Shown here: piece by piece, positions 11,116-26,100 of the stretch | Layout of the letters: the number at the start of each line of letters is the position of its first letter | Position numbering within the stretch: position 1 is the first letter of the stretch | Assembly (NCBI RefSeq): GCF_964355755.1 | Contig: NC_092670.1 | Coordinates: 32,352,388 to 32,416,387, forward strand | Reading direction: 5' to 3' | Length of the DNA: 64,000 bases | Origin: Antedon mediterranea | Taxonomy: Eukaryota; Animalia; Echinodermata | The notes under the pieces: model-generated | Told to the model about the DNA's origin: nothing | Seen by the model: only the letters and a program-made list of their open reading frames with translations | Databases searched by the model: none | Translations under genes and position numbers: made by a program

Positions 11116-14100
11116 CCACATCCAAAAGAAAATGTCCAAAGGTCAGCATGGGCAGGGTTCTGGCACAAGACTAAGCTGATATGGCCATACATTTGGCCAA
11201 AGGGTCACTATATTCTACAAATCAAGGTCATCATCTGTCTGTTAATACTAATTACTGGACGTGTTGCTAATGTTTATGTTCCTGTGCTTTACAAAGATAT
11301 TGGTAACTTTATTTTTTTATTGAATTTTATTTACAATCACATCCAACAGCAAGTAACTCACAAATTACATAATGGATAAACCATTGTGCTTATAAACTAA
11401 GAGAAGAGTGTCTTATTTACAGTTGTGAGTTAACCTTTGACCTCACGATTGGAGGCAAAGTTGTTTAATATTGTATTAAAAAAACTGTATCAAATTTATC
11501 GTAAGTTTAAAAATAAGTACTAACAAGCGCAACCTCCCCCAACACACACACTCACCCATCCCTACCCACTCACCCCGTTCAGTGGTGGCGCCAGGATTTG
11601 CCCGACCGGGGGGGGGGGGCGAATTCCCCGGGGGAGGGGGGCGTACGCGCGGTTTGGGAGCAACTGTTTCCATTACATTTAATAACAATGTCACATAATG
11701 TAAATTTAAATAAATCCTTCCTAAATACTCTAATACGGATCTTTTTCGACGAACTAATAATAAACATTTAATGAACATTTGGTAAATGCGGCACTCCGAA
11801 AATGCCTCGATAGTGCATGTGCTTTGGTGGTCTGTTAACCTCAGATATATACCCTATAGCCGGGTGAATAACTCAATATAATTTGGTATACAATGATTGC
11901 CGTAATCGCCGTGTCTATAACACAAATCAATAAAATACCAAATACGCCACACACATTTTTTCGACCGTGTACATAGAACAAGACATTTCATGTTTATGTT
12001 ATGCCTATGAAATAATAATAAAAAGAACATCATGTTTCTCGTTTTTTTTATCGTTTAAATACTGCATACCATTATATAAAAAACCTTCATAGGCGAGAAA
12101 AAAGTTTACGATCTTACACTCTACTCTCTACAGGGGTGTAAATATACAGGTCCACGCGAACGCTTGCACACGGACCATGGCGGAAAATGGTGTATTTTTG
12201 GAGAGTGACGACGTCAGCATTCACACGAGGAGCGAGCTAAGACAACGTGATGCTGGTAGTGGGAGCATGCATGTGTTTTGAAAATAACTCAGTTGTGGGT
12301 ATTTTCCGAAGATTTTAAATCGCGTTTTCTTTTTAAACTCTTGAATTCATAAATAGTAATTAAACTCTTAGCTCTTTCACTATGTATGCCTATTTACCCC
12401 ACTATAGCTTTAGCCTACTCTTCTTAATTAAAAGAGTCAAGTGCGTCGAATCCGCGTCTAGCGACGGTCGCGGATTTGGTTTTTTTTCTCTTTAGAATTA
12501 AGTAGGGGGGGGGGGGAGTGGCTAGCCACCCTATTCACTCCCCTAGATCGAGATTTATGCGCGAAAAGAAACGTGACCAGACCCTGTTTTATGGTTAGGG
12601 CCAACCGCTTCCTTTTTTCCCAATCGAACCCCCACCCAAACCCCTTTAATCGACAGCGAATATACGCGGTACACCAATGGTTATTGGTAAATTGAAACAA
12701 TTCGTAAACTCAACCGCGAGAACATAACTCGTACATTTATCCCTGTATGAACGTACGTCGATGCGTAGTTGCAAATGAATTTCCGATTTTCGCCTGGAAT
12801 CTGAAAAATACACATTTTGGTCCCTGGATGTAGCCCAGATATGTCCACGCGTATACCTCAGTGAGCCGGGCGGGCGGGCCATGAAAGATTCGTACAAAGA
12901 GATACCGCCAGACAAATGCGTACCACATACTGTTTACTTCGCTGTCAGTGTATCCATGGAGTAAAGGTGTATCGTACGTACGTCAACAATGGAATGCCGC
13001 AGTTACTTAAAATATATAGTAGTACACTTAATATGGTTTTATTTTTTACCAGAAAAGAAATGATCATATTTTTTTATCCGCGACAAATATGGCCAATACT
13101 CACCGAGGGAAAGCTGACCCTTGACCTACTTTATCATTTGTCACCCTAGTTCTGCAAACTTGATTGTATCTATTCCCTCTACGGCGAATAAGTAACCAGC
13201 TTTACGAATGTTATAATTTTTGACATACTTAATTTTCAAAATATTTTGATATGGATTGATGACCCTTGACCTACTCTACCATTTGCCACCTTAGTTTCGT
13301 GAACTTTTTGTGTTTTCGCCCGCCACGGCGAATAAATAATTAGTTTTCCGAACGTTATAAAAATTGACCCACTTAATATTTTAAAATATTTTGGTATGGA
13401 TCGATGACCCTTGACCTACTTTATCATTTGTCACCCTAGTTCTGCAAACTTTATTGTATCTATTCCCTCTACTGCGAATAAGTAACCAGCTTTACGAATG
13501 TTATGATTTTTGACATACTTAATTTTCAAAATATTTTGATATGGATTGATGACCCTTGACCTACTCTACCATTTGCCACCTTAGTTCCGCGAAATGTTTG
13601 CGTTTACGCCCTCTATTGTGAATAATTAAATAGTTTTACTAACGTTATAAAACTTGACCTATTTAATATTTTCAAAATATTTTGCTTTACGAATGTTATA
13701 ACACTTGACATACTTAATTTTCAAAATATTTTGGTATGGATTGTTGACCCTTGACCTACTCTGCCATTTGCCACCTAGTTCTGCAAACTTGTTAGCATTT
13801 ACGCCCTATCGCAAATAAGTAACCAGCTTTACAAACGTTCTAACACTTTACCTACTTAATTTTTAACAAATATTTTGGTATAGATCGATGACCCTTGACC
13901 TACTTTATTATTTGCCACCCTAGTTCTGCGAAATAGGCGCCTATAGTGTCTCGCATTTTTTTGCATTGATCGAATAGAAAGTGTGATATCTTCCTACTAG
14001 TACTACACTACCTTTGTTGTCCTTTAAAAAAAAGGTATGATAGCCTAATCCGGGCACATGAATATAAAATTTAGCCCACCAAACCTCTCCTCTCTACTTT

Positions 14101-17100
14101 AGCCTCCTTGTCTTTTCTCTGTTTAATTACAATGAAATTTCTTCCTTATTGTAGTTGATGAATTGACCGAGGATTCTGAGGAAGGTGCACACATAAATCC
14201 ATGGAAGTTAATCGTCACTTACGTCGCTATCAAATTCCTGCAAGGTGGAGGTTTTGGTAAGTCTATTATATTTCAAAAGTTTTTCTGTTTATGACATAAT
14301 GAATACATTTACTACAGTAGATGAGACACCTTGGAGACAAGAGTGGAGGTGTCCCAATATGGTTTGGCTATTGTTTCAACACATATATTTCGGTCAATTA
14401 TTTTACAAGAAACAGTGTCATAATAAGGTTTCCACTCCTTGAATAGGGGTATCCCAAAGAAGGAAGTTTACTGTACCCGGAACATTTGAAATATAAAAAA
14501 TGTTGAAATAATAATCACCTTCCTATCAAAGTTTTTAGTCTTTTTAATAATCCTGAGGACCTTTTTTCTAGTCACATTAATGTGAGATGTATTTCTCTCT
14601 TGCATGAAAACATTCAGATACATACATACATTTCTTCTATATTATACTCTAATTGACTGTTCAAAGTTGTTTTGTAAAATTCTTTTTTTAAATGTTTTCA
14701 GGTGGACTTGGGTTACTAAACAACTTGCGATCGTTTCTTTGGATCAATGTTCAACAGTATACAGCCAAGAGCATCATGGTCCGACTCTTTGCTCATCTAC
14801 ATGGGTAAACAAATAATCTATTACTGATTGCCATAATCAGAAAAATAATTCATCCACAATTGTATTTTTTTTCCTATGAGGTTAAGGCAGAAATCATGAA
14901 TAATTCATTACCTTAATTATTTTCTATTATAAAGAATTGCCAGATAGCTGATCTACTTCCTAAATATACTAAAACTAACCCTCTAAATAATCTCTCTCAA
15001 CTATTAAAAAATACCACTAGACCAAACATTTCGGTTGCAAACGCTGTTTACACAAATTATTTAATCTCTCTTCATGGTAAAATAGTGCCCTTTGTAATGT
15101 CCCAAATTATGTCATAATTATTCTAATGAATTATTAATGATTTCTGCCTTAACCGCATAGGAAGAAAAATAATGCTTCCAGGCTTTGTTTTTAAGGTGTG
15201 ATCACTTGCCTAGAAAACTCTTAAAATGACCTTGAGGTGTGCGATTTTTACAGCACTCTAAAACTTATTAGTAACTTCTATATACCAAGATACAAACAGC
15301 AAGCACACCTGCTGAATGTGTTGAGGAGTGCAATTTGTAGGGCAACTGCAATTTCCAAAAGGCAATTAGGCCTGCGATTTTCTAAAGACAAGGCCTGGTA
15401 TTCTGTTTAAGATGGGCAGGGTTTACCTAGTTTAATATGTATTACAGTTGGCCAACTACATTGCACAAAATTCTGTTTTTTACCTACATGAGCAATATAC
15501 CAATACAATGTGCACAATTTGAATAAACCATTCAGAGCTCCCACCTACTGTAGGGAAACTGAAATATTGGTATACAACTTTATAAATCTATAGAGGGTGC
15601 TATAATAATAATAATAATAATAGAGGTTGCTATGAAAAACCTAAAGATTTTGGCATCTTTCATTGCAAAAATGTGTGCCAAATGCATTATTTCACTTAAT
15701 AATTAACCATTAATTTATTATAAACAACTTACGGACTGATTTTAGTATTAGTTTTTTCCTTATTAAAATCTAGAATAGTTAAAATTATGAATGTACACAC
15801 ATCTGGGTTTATTGGTTTATCAAAATATCTGGAGAAACTGCATTTTTCATTCTATTGATATAAAGTGCTAGGCAAATGATGTGATTGATTGAAATATATA
15901 TATTTATACTGGGTAACCTCTTCAGTCAAAGATTGACCTCCAAGAGGGCCCAGTTGGTGATCAGTGGCTGTGATGTACTAATACACCGGGGTAACCCCCT
16001 ACTCGTCTCGAAAGATGTAATAGGTTCTTTAAAGTGCACACGAGCTAGTTGTGTACACTGGACCTACGGTTTATAGTCCTTATCCGAGAAGACTCATTCT
16101 ACCACCAGAACCATGGAGTGAGTGAGCCTCGAACCCCTACCAATGTTATGGCTACGTAATTATGTTGGGAAGAATTTACAGTTTATTATACTTAAATAAA
16201 TTATACTTACTGTACTTAAAATTACATAATTTTACCCACTCTAGGCACTGTTAAGCTTTGTCTACACTATCAAACTGGTTTGACAAAAAAAAGTGTGATT
16301 TACCCAAAGTTGGTAGTGATATGCTCGAATATGGTAGTGATATGACATCATCATGTCCATATATGGGCACATCACATTTGTTTTTCACATAAAAATTAGT
16401 GTGGACAGAGCTTTAAAGAAGGCACCTACTTTCCATTATTATAGATTGTGTATACAGTATCTATACATCACCCAATGCTAAATTCCCAAATAAGTTAATC
16501 TTGTTTTTCTTGTAGATTGTCCCTTCATTGGCATCTGAACCGCAAAACTGGAGAGGTTCTTCGAATTATGGATAGAGGAACAACCAGTATTAATAGCATT
16601 CTAAGGTTTTTTGGAAGATTCGAACATTTCCTTTCTATTTTGCACGAATAAAAACATTCCCTATTTGTTATATAACAATGTATATAGTGTAACCTTCTTT
16701 TTGCAAAATCACTACGGAAGGGACACATTTGCATGAACAATGAGGAGGATAGGTTTTAACACTACAACAAACCCTATTCCAGTGGAACCTATTAGGGGAC
16801 AATCGATAATAGAATTTCTACTGTATTTGTTATTTGGGGCTATGAGTGCAATTTTTTGTATATGCACAGAAAATATATTAAATTTATAATTTTGACATGG
16901 GTCACCTGTTGTCATGTGGTCTACATTCTGGCAATCAAATTAAAGGATCTACTTGGATGTTTATAATTGCATGTTCTGTTTTGGTGGCTAACATTTGTTT
17001 TAAAGGTGCAATTCCTGGCTACATACTAACTTTGTTTCCACCGCAGCTAGAACAACATCACCAAAGCTCATTCAAGATAATAAAATCTAAACTAAACTGT

Positions 17101-20100
17101 TTTTATACCCATGTAACAGTGTATTTGTACACAGGACAGTTTTAAAGAACAATGCATTCTTAATGATAAGGATTTGTGTTTTTTCCCACAGTTATATAAT
17201 ATTCAATATAGCTCCAACTATTGCAGACATTTTGATTGCCATTGTGTTTTTCGTCACAAGCTTTAATGCTTGGTTCGGTCTTATTGTGTTCGTTGCCATG
17301 ACCGCATATGTTGGTAAGTTCTTGAAGAAATGTTATATCAGTTTTTTTTGTGTAATTTGTAGGATTGTGAAAGGTTAATCTTAAAATGTAATAGTTTCAT
17401 TGGCAAAAATGTATGTTGTGTCAAGGGGACAACTTGTTAATAATAGTCACAAATCATAGCCATGAAATCGGCACATGCGCTGAAAAAGCGCTATAAAGGC
17501 AGTTTATTATATCTATTTATAGACATTAAGTTTTAATAGATTCAGGTGAGTATAAGGAATGAAACGAGAAATTGCAAAAATGGTTCTAATTGCGGAAAAA
17601 GAGTATAAAACAGTAGGCCTATTGGATTGTCCATTACCACAATGATATTGCGTGCAATGTTTTAAATTATTTTAAATTATATTAAATTTAGCTTTAAAGG
17701 GGTTTTCATAGGCTGTTCATCTTTAAAAATAGGCCCTGAATGAAACAAGGTGTAAATAAACAAAATTACAAGACGGTTTCCCTACACAATTACAAGATTG
17801 ATGATTAACGAAACTCATATTAATACGGCCTATGTCATACTGTAAATGCTCAGTTTTATTATTGGATAAAAACAGTGTTCCTTATTTTATTTTTTATTTC
17901 TAAAGCTGCTACAATTGCGATAACTGAATGGAGGACTAAATTCAGACGTGAAATGAACCTAAAGGACAACAAGACCAAACAGAAAGCTGTTGACTCTCTA
18001 CTGAACTTTGAAACGGTAAGTTAGAAAGTTGTACTGTAGATAATATGTTTGTTTGAGGTCAAGACACAACTTTGTGCTGGTTACTAGCTGCATTATGGGA
18101 GTAAGTTTCTGTGGTTTTAATGGTATAATAAGGCTATTTATTTTTCCCTTTTTCAAATCAGATGATGAATCTGCTGACATGTTTTGAGCACTATATATTT
18201 TACTATTACTGTACATACATTTGTAATTGTATATTTATTCATCTATAAGTTTTGTTTAAAATACATTGACCATTGTGCAGAAGGTCACCTTAAATAAAAA
18301 AGGTTTTTTTTTTTATCCGAGTACTGATTTAAAAAATAATGATGATAATATATTTAAAACTTTTCTTATTAGGTGAAGTATTATGGTAACGAAGACTTTG
18401 AAGTGGATCGATACAATGTAGCTATTACAGAATACCAAGTAAGTGTATAGCATTACACATTATACAGATAATGAATGTTTAAGAGAATATTTCATAAGTC
18501 AAAAATCAATAAATATTCTCGCCATTTAACAACTACAAAACATATACTTTTATTCAATTTGTCCATCATATTAAAATCATTGACGAATGCGAGGACGGGA
18601 AGCTAGGACATTAAAAAAGACAGTGCTCCAACTTTGGACGTCAGTATAACATAACGTGCACAACAAGCTGTTGTACGTGGATGAGTAAAAAATGTTGCGT
18701 GGCAAAAATTCTCAAAATGTTTACAAAAAACCTAAACGTATTAGAGAGCGTTAGTTATCATTAATAGATATCACCTTTCCGTTAGGTAGAGCTAATTCCA
18801 AATGACATGTGATACATAATTATCCAATCAAATTGTTATTGTTATAATAAAGGTATAACTGACGTTTTCTAATCATCAATGAGATTTTTGTCTAGATTTG
18901 ATGGTCACAAACTGACTATTTTTTTAATTTGTTTCAGAGTAGTGAATGGAAGTCCTTATCATCTCTGTGTGTTCTAAACATGTCTCAGAATATTATCATC
19001 ATCACCGGATTGTTAGTGGGATCACTTTTGTGTGCCTATCTTGTCAGCACACATGAATTAAAGGTTAGTTTTTGTTAGAAATTGAATAGCACAAACTTCC
19101 TTTTTATTGGCATTTATATTGAGCTATTATGGCGGATGGCTGACTGCACATTCTATCAGCTGAAAGTCATGTCTCGGGTCCATTCTGTTGCTGTACAAAT
19201 AGACTACTACATCAGTACTATGAATGGATGGCTAGTTGGTGACAAGAATGCTAGTTGATCATACCCAGTACCATTTTGATTTTGCGATCATTTGGAAAAC
19301 CACCTCACAAGTTGTTGATTTTCCACAAATAATAAATACTGTATTTCTTTATAAATCATTGTAAGTATATATACTGTAAATGTATACATACATGACACAG
19401 TTATTTGCTGGCATGGCAATTCATTTTATCTTTATAAATTCTGTGCTTTTCAAATAAGGAAAAATTTCTGTATTTTGTAGGTTGGAGATTATGTATTGTT
19501 TTCAACATATATAATGCAGTTGTACGCACCTTTAAATTTCTTTGGTACCTACTACAGGTAATAATTTTGATATGGTATTGATAAGAGTGATGAGTTTGTT
19601 TTTTGTGAATTAGGTGGTGATGAAAGCAGTGTGGGGAGCTAGGATGGTATTTATACTAACATAAAAACAATGTATGGCCTTAACATTTCGAAACACCAGT
19701 TGTCTGATCACCAAAGTTAAGCAACGTTGGGCCCTGTTAGAACTTGGATGGGAGACCATCTGGCAATATCGGGTGCTTTATATTATAGACAAACGAAGTT
19801 GAGGTACCATCAGGCATTTCAAATCAGCCCTGCTGACTCTCATGGCAGCCCCTGCATCTATAGTATCTGCCTCAAACGTATTGGCCCATGGCTTTACTCC
19901 TGTCAAGGTGGGCATACTGGTCGGGAGAATCCCTTTATCAATAGGACCAACCAAGGTGCATTAAGGCGCTTTAAACAGTCCTGGCTTATTCATCATACAG
20001 ATTCATGTAGGACTAAATTGTCATTGTCGTTTTCGACAGATGTCAGCTATAAATAAGATGTTTGCAATTATGTGCTTGGAAATGAGAGTTCAGATGATTT

Positions 20101-23100
20101 TGATATGGCAGTATTGGTGCGAGGGTAGTATACCTGATGGTGTAGCAATATGTTAACATGTATTATATTGTTTAGTGGTTCTTATACATCAAATGCTATT
20201 CACAGTTTTTGTATTTACAGAGTTCTTTATATAAAGTAATCATCTATTTTATTACTAATATTTAATAATGTTCTGTTTTATTAGTGGTAGTTACTATTTA
20301 ATTTCTTGATTCTATTTAGGATGATTCAACAGGCTTTTATTGACATGGAGAACATGATAGATTTAATGGAAGCTAAGCAAGATGTAAGTTATTTATTGTT
20401 ATTTAAATAACAAGTTATTCTTTTTATGTGAACATATACTTGGAAGTCACCTAATGTATACTCAATTTTAATTATGATATTGTTATATAATAATAATGGT
20501 TGCTTATAGTAATGCGTAATACAAATATTCCTAAGCGTTTTACATACAAAAATATATAAAAATTCATGAAATATCCTAAAAATACCAAAATCAAATTGAA
20601 TACGGCGCAAAGGAACCATTTTCACAGCTCCATCTCCAGTAACACTATCACATTAATATCTAATGTCCATCTCCATTCTCTTTTTAATATTGAATATAAA
20701 CCAGTTAAATGTCTTAATTCATCAACAAATACAATTTATAATTTGTATAAATATAATTTTGTTTTTTTCTTCAGGTTTGTGATGATCCTAATGCTAAAAC
20801 ATTAATACTAACTAAAGGAAAGGTTGAATTTAGGGATGTATCGTTTCATTACAATGCAAAGTAAGTACATCAATATATTAATTTGTACATAGATTTATTA
20901 AATTTTATCATTATTTCTTTCTTTAATTTTGGCAAAAATCGTCCTAAGTTGGCCCCCTTAGGACGTAGCGACCATTGTTGTATACTATTGAAACCAATCC
21001 ATGTTATACCTACCTCTAACTACACCACTTGTACTATCCAACCGTATCGTAACTCGTCGGTTAGATCATTTGGATCGTGGATCACTGCCCATGACTGGTG
21101 CCATGTTCTTGATAGCCAATCAACAAGTGTTAAAACAAATGAATTTCTTACTGTGCTTAATGGGAAATTTGCAGATTTTTTCCCCGTGAAATCGATTTGC
21201 CATAAGAAAACCGATAAGCCGTGGATGACGCCGAGAATCAAGAGATTGATTGTAGAACGACAGTTGGCCTTTTCTAGTAACCATACCCAACAATGGCGAA
21301 GGATACGTAACTCCATACAAAGAGCAATTACGCACGCGAAGGAGAAGTTTTACGCGACCTCATTAAAGTGTCTAAAAAGCAATAGCCCTGCTAGATGGCA
21401 CAAAGGAATTGTGAATCTCTGCAATCTAAAGAAAAAGGACACGTTTAACATCCCTGGTCTATCAACGCAAGCGGCTGTTGAAGTAATTAACCAACATTTT
21501 GCCACGATTTGTAGTGAACTTTCAGCGCTTGACATTACAAAACTACCAAGTTACTTACCAGCATCGGAACTCCCACCCGTTATCTACCCAGGACAAGTGA
21601 AATCTGCAATCGATAAGTTAAACATACAAAAAGCAGGACACCCAGAAGATCTACCGATCAGATTAATTAAGGAATTCTCATTTGAACTCTCTTATCCATT
21701 AGCGGACATTTTTAATTCTTCTTTAAATGAAGGTAATTTTCCTGAACAATGGAAAAAGGCTACTATAATACCAGTTCCTAAGGTTCCAGATGCTAATAAT
21801 TGTAATGACCTTCGGCCTATATCCCTAACACCCATTTTTTCTCGGATATTTGAAAGCTTTTTAGCGGAGTGGGTAACTAATGATATAAAAAATTCTTTAG
21901 ATAGTAAGCAATTTGGTTGTCGTAGAGGCTCGTCAACTTCACACTACCTCGTAGACTTGATAAATTCTGTTGTATCTGACCTGGAGGGGGGTAGCAAATA
22001 TTTAAACTTATGTGCTGTAGACTTTACGAAGGCTTTCGATCGTGTGGATCATAATGTTGTCATAAATAAATTAATATCCATAGGAGTGAGGCCGTCCATT
22101 CTTCCTACCGTTTGTAGTTTCCTCTTAAATCGCACATGCAATACCAAAGTTAAGGGAGCCACCTCTTCAAATTCTAATATTACTTGTGGGGTGCCCCAGG
22201 GCACAAAGTTGGGCCCCCTTCTCTTTTTGGTATTAGTCAATGATGTTGCTGAGGGAACTGACAGGCGGTGGAAATATGTGGACGACCTCACTCTTAGTGA
22301 AGTAGTTAGAAGTAGTGATAGCCAATTGTTGCAGGACACTTTAAATCAACTTGATGATTGGTGTTTGATAAATAGAGTCCTCCCCAAGCCATCTAAGTGC
22401 AATGTGATGCGTATTTCCTTCCTAAAGTCCGACTGTCCTCCTCCCAGTTTCAATCTAAATGGCCATGATCTTAAATGTGTAAATCACATTAAACTGCTTG
22501 GTGTCACCTTGCAGGATAACCTTAAATGGGAGATGCATATTCATGACATCGTTGCTAAAGCATGTCGACGTTTGTACACTTTGATTATACTTAAGAAAGC
22601 CAAGGCGCCTTCTAAAGATTTACTACAAGTATATACTTGCTATATACGTCCTTTAGTTGAATATGCATGCCCTGTGTGGCACAGTTCAATTACGAAAGAC
22701 CAAACTAAGTCAATAGAAAGAGTTAAAAAAAGAGCTCTACGAATCATTTATGGCATGAACTATGTATCCTACGAGTCTGCTCTTAAATTGTCAGACCTTC
22801 CATCGCTAGTTAACAGAAGAGTCCAACTCTTACTGAAATTTGGTAAAGGAATAATAAAGTCCGATACATTTAGAAGCATTCTTCCCCCTGTTCGTGACAT
22901 TAGCAGAACCCTGAGGTCTGCAAGTAAGCCTCTACTCAAAATCCCGTTTGGTCGTACAGAAAGATTTAGATCTTCACCAGTCCCTTTTTTGGTCCGACTC
23001 ATTAATGATGAATATTGAATAGGCTGGCACTATTTTAACTTACAGGTGGACCAATTTTAATGTGGTAAATTATTATTTTTTTTTTTTTTAAAACTAGTTT

Positions 23101-26100
23101 TACCTTTTATACATAATGTATTTATATATTTTTATCAAATTTTGTAAAATGCTACTTTTCAGCCTTTTGGCTGCCGTTGTATTTTGATGTCTTTTTTATG
23201 AATAAATATACCTAAAAATATAACACAAAGAAAAAAAACCCAGTTATCTTTTTAAAAGTTGTATTATTATCTTTTATTAATGTATTTTAATTTTTGTATG
23301 TTTTTAAGCGTTCCCACTCGACACAGTGTCTAATGTTTCTGTTTTTTTATACCCGTATGTTTTATTGTTGTACTTTTCTACTGTCCTTGTTTTGAGATAA
23401 ATCAATTTAATGAAACTTATCGTCAATTGAACGCCAACAATAAAAAAAGCAAGAAGTAAATGCTAAGTCTAGAATAATATAAGAGCCAAAATAAAATACT
23501 GTATAACCTGAAAATGGGCAAAGGAATAGAAATGTATGATTGTGTTTAATTAATATTGATATTAATGACCTTATAAGCCTTAATTATCTGGAAAATCAAG
23601 CCTATTCTATAATTTATTGTTTTCTAAATGGTACTTTGATTGCATCTTGTATCATCTTGTCTGCTTCTTGGCAATATGTTCAATTGGCAGAGAATGTCTC
23701 AAAAATCATATTATTGTAGTAGCAATTCACAACATTTACAGCATTCATTTCGAAAAAGAAGTGCCCTCTTCAGTTTGCAAAAGTAATCTTGAAAAGAAGC
23801 CCATCCCGAAAAGAATCCCACCCAAGAGCCCTAAAAAATTAAGCCCATGGGCTTCTTATTAAGGTTATATGGTATAATCTTACTTTTTAAAGCTAAAAAC
23901 CATTTTGTAATTTCAACAGGCGAAAAATTTTGAAGAACATATCATTTACTGTCAATGCAGGAGAAACAGTTGCTTTGGTGAGTATTTACTAATGTAACTG
24001 TGTATTGGGCGTGTGGCGCAGTGTGTTGGACGTTGGACTACCGATCGTCAGACCTAGGTTCGAATCCAACTCTCGCCGCATTGCTTGTATCCGTAGGCAA
24101 GATACATTACTTACGTTGCCTCTCTCCACCCAGATGTATAAATGGGTACCCAGTTAGATCTAGACACAACTTTGCGCTGGTTACCGGCTGCATTATGGGA
24201 GTATGTTTCCATACGTGTTTGATCCCCAAAAAATACTGGGGTAATAATGCTTGTAAAGCGCCTTTGAGCATGATTACTCATGAAAAGGGCGCTATATAAA
24301 TGTGGTATTATTATTATTATTATAACTAAAGTTCTGTCTACACTATCAAACTAGGTTGACAAAAAAGTGATGTACCCAAATATGGTAGTTATATGACATC
24401 ATTATTTCCATATATTTTTATTTATTTTATTTCTAAACCCAACCAACAGCAGCAAAATTCGCCAATAACAAGAGGCCATCGCATTCTTTTGTCACATAAA
24501 GTTTGATAGTGTAGACAGAGTAAAACTATTTCAATAGATTATGCATTTGTCGGTTTTTGTATAGAGATATTATAGTGAATAATATAACGATTTTTGCTAA
24601 TTCCAGGTTGGTCCATCTGGAGCAGGTAAAAGTACCATCATCCGTTTACTGTTCCGTTTTTATGATTTAAATGGAGGAGATATTCTTATTGATGGCCAAG
24701 ATATTAAAAAAGTAAGTTGATTCAACTTTTAAATTACATATTGATAATGCAATAGTTAAATAATAAAAAGTAGCTTTGCGTCATAACGCTAAAGTAAGTC
24801 AGATGTTTGCTTTACCCTGCTTTTGAAAACTCATACTAAATGCCAATTTACACAGACGAGCGGTAACGATGATTCTCATCTTTTTGTATCCTATTATTTC
24901 TACAACCTTTTTTGGCAATGTTGCCAGATCTAAAAACCTTGCACACTCTTATCACCTAATGTATTTTTTATCACTTAGATTACACAGAGTTCGTTACGTA
25001 AAGTCATTGGAGTAGTTCCTCAGGACACAGTCCTTTTTAACAATGATATACTGTAAGTACAGTTACAAAGTTCAGTTATAGGCCAATTAATTGATATGTA
25101 ATATGTGTACATATATGTATATAAACGTTTTTATATAATGTTTTCGGAAAGCTCAAAGTAAATTTTAGACATCCAGAGTAACCTAGGGTAAACCGTCACC
25201 TCCTGAGTAATCTAGGATCAACCTTTGCATCCACTAACCTACCCATCCAGGGTAGTTATATTTAACCTGCTTTGACATGCAGGTAAAAGCCATATCCAGG
25301 GTAGTATATTTTTCATCCAGGGTAGTCTATGTTATTATTCACTTTGAAGCATGTTCTGCTGGATTTTAGATACTTGTGCAAATATATGTACTTTACTTTC
25401 ATCTTCTTTAATAGTTACAACATCCGATACGGGTCTGTAAAAAGCAACGATCAAGATGTTGAAGACGCGGCCGTCGCTGCCGATATCCACCATAAGATTC
25501 AACATTTTCCAGAAGGTACAATTGAATCTTTGATATTATTTTATTATTATTATTATTATTACAAGCAAATAAGCTTTTACAGTATTTTTCCCCTAACTCA
25601 TCTGTATCCACTTTTCAACAGTTAAATAAAGGTCAAAGGATAAAGGTTTGTGAATGTTCTTCATTATCTTTTGTAGGTTATGCAACAGTTGTTGGAGAAC
25701 GAGGCTTGAAATTAAGTGGTGGAGAAAAGCAGCGGGTAGCTATTGCAAGGACAGTACTAAAAGCACCAGAGATAGTTCTACTAGATGAGGCAAGTAAAAA
25801 TACTAAAATATTTACTATGTAGCAACATTGTGAACCGCTAGTAGCAATATGGGTCTGTGTAAAATGTAATACTAAATGTCTGTATGATACTATAGCAGTA
25901 TGTGAGTTCCACTATAGCATGTGTGGAGTAGGAGTCTACATGTGTTACTTGTACCAAGATAATGTATTCCACTGTAGCAACTTTTCTGTGTACACCTAGT
26001 AGCAACGTCTGTGTATGACTAGGAGCAGTTATATGCATGTGTTAATACTAGTAGCAACATTATGTATGCCACTGTGTCGACTTAGTAGCAATTTCTGTGT

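Noticed and set aside
19671-19790. Functional 5S rRNA gene
   Set aside because: Too diverged, with internal deletions, no T-rich terminator and no tandem array; better explained as a SINE head.
20883-23018. Domesticated or host reverse transcriptase gene, or a retron/DGR-type system
   Set aside because: Non-ATG start in host intron sequence, truncated APE and an ordinary LINE 3' UTR indicate a 5'-truncated retrotransposon.
24007-24080. Functional tRNA gene
   Set aside because: A and B boxes are present, but the cloverleaf pairing is poor and the sequence continues into a SINE body and tail.
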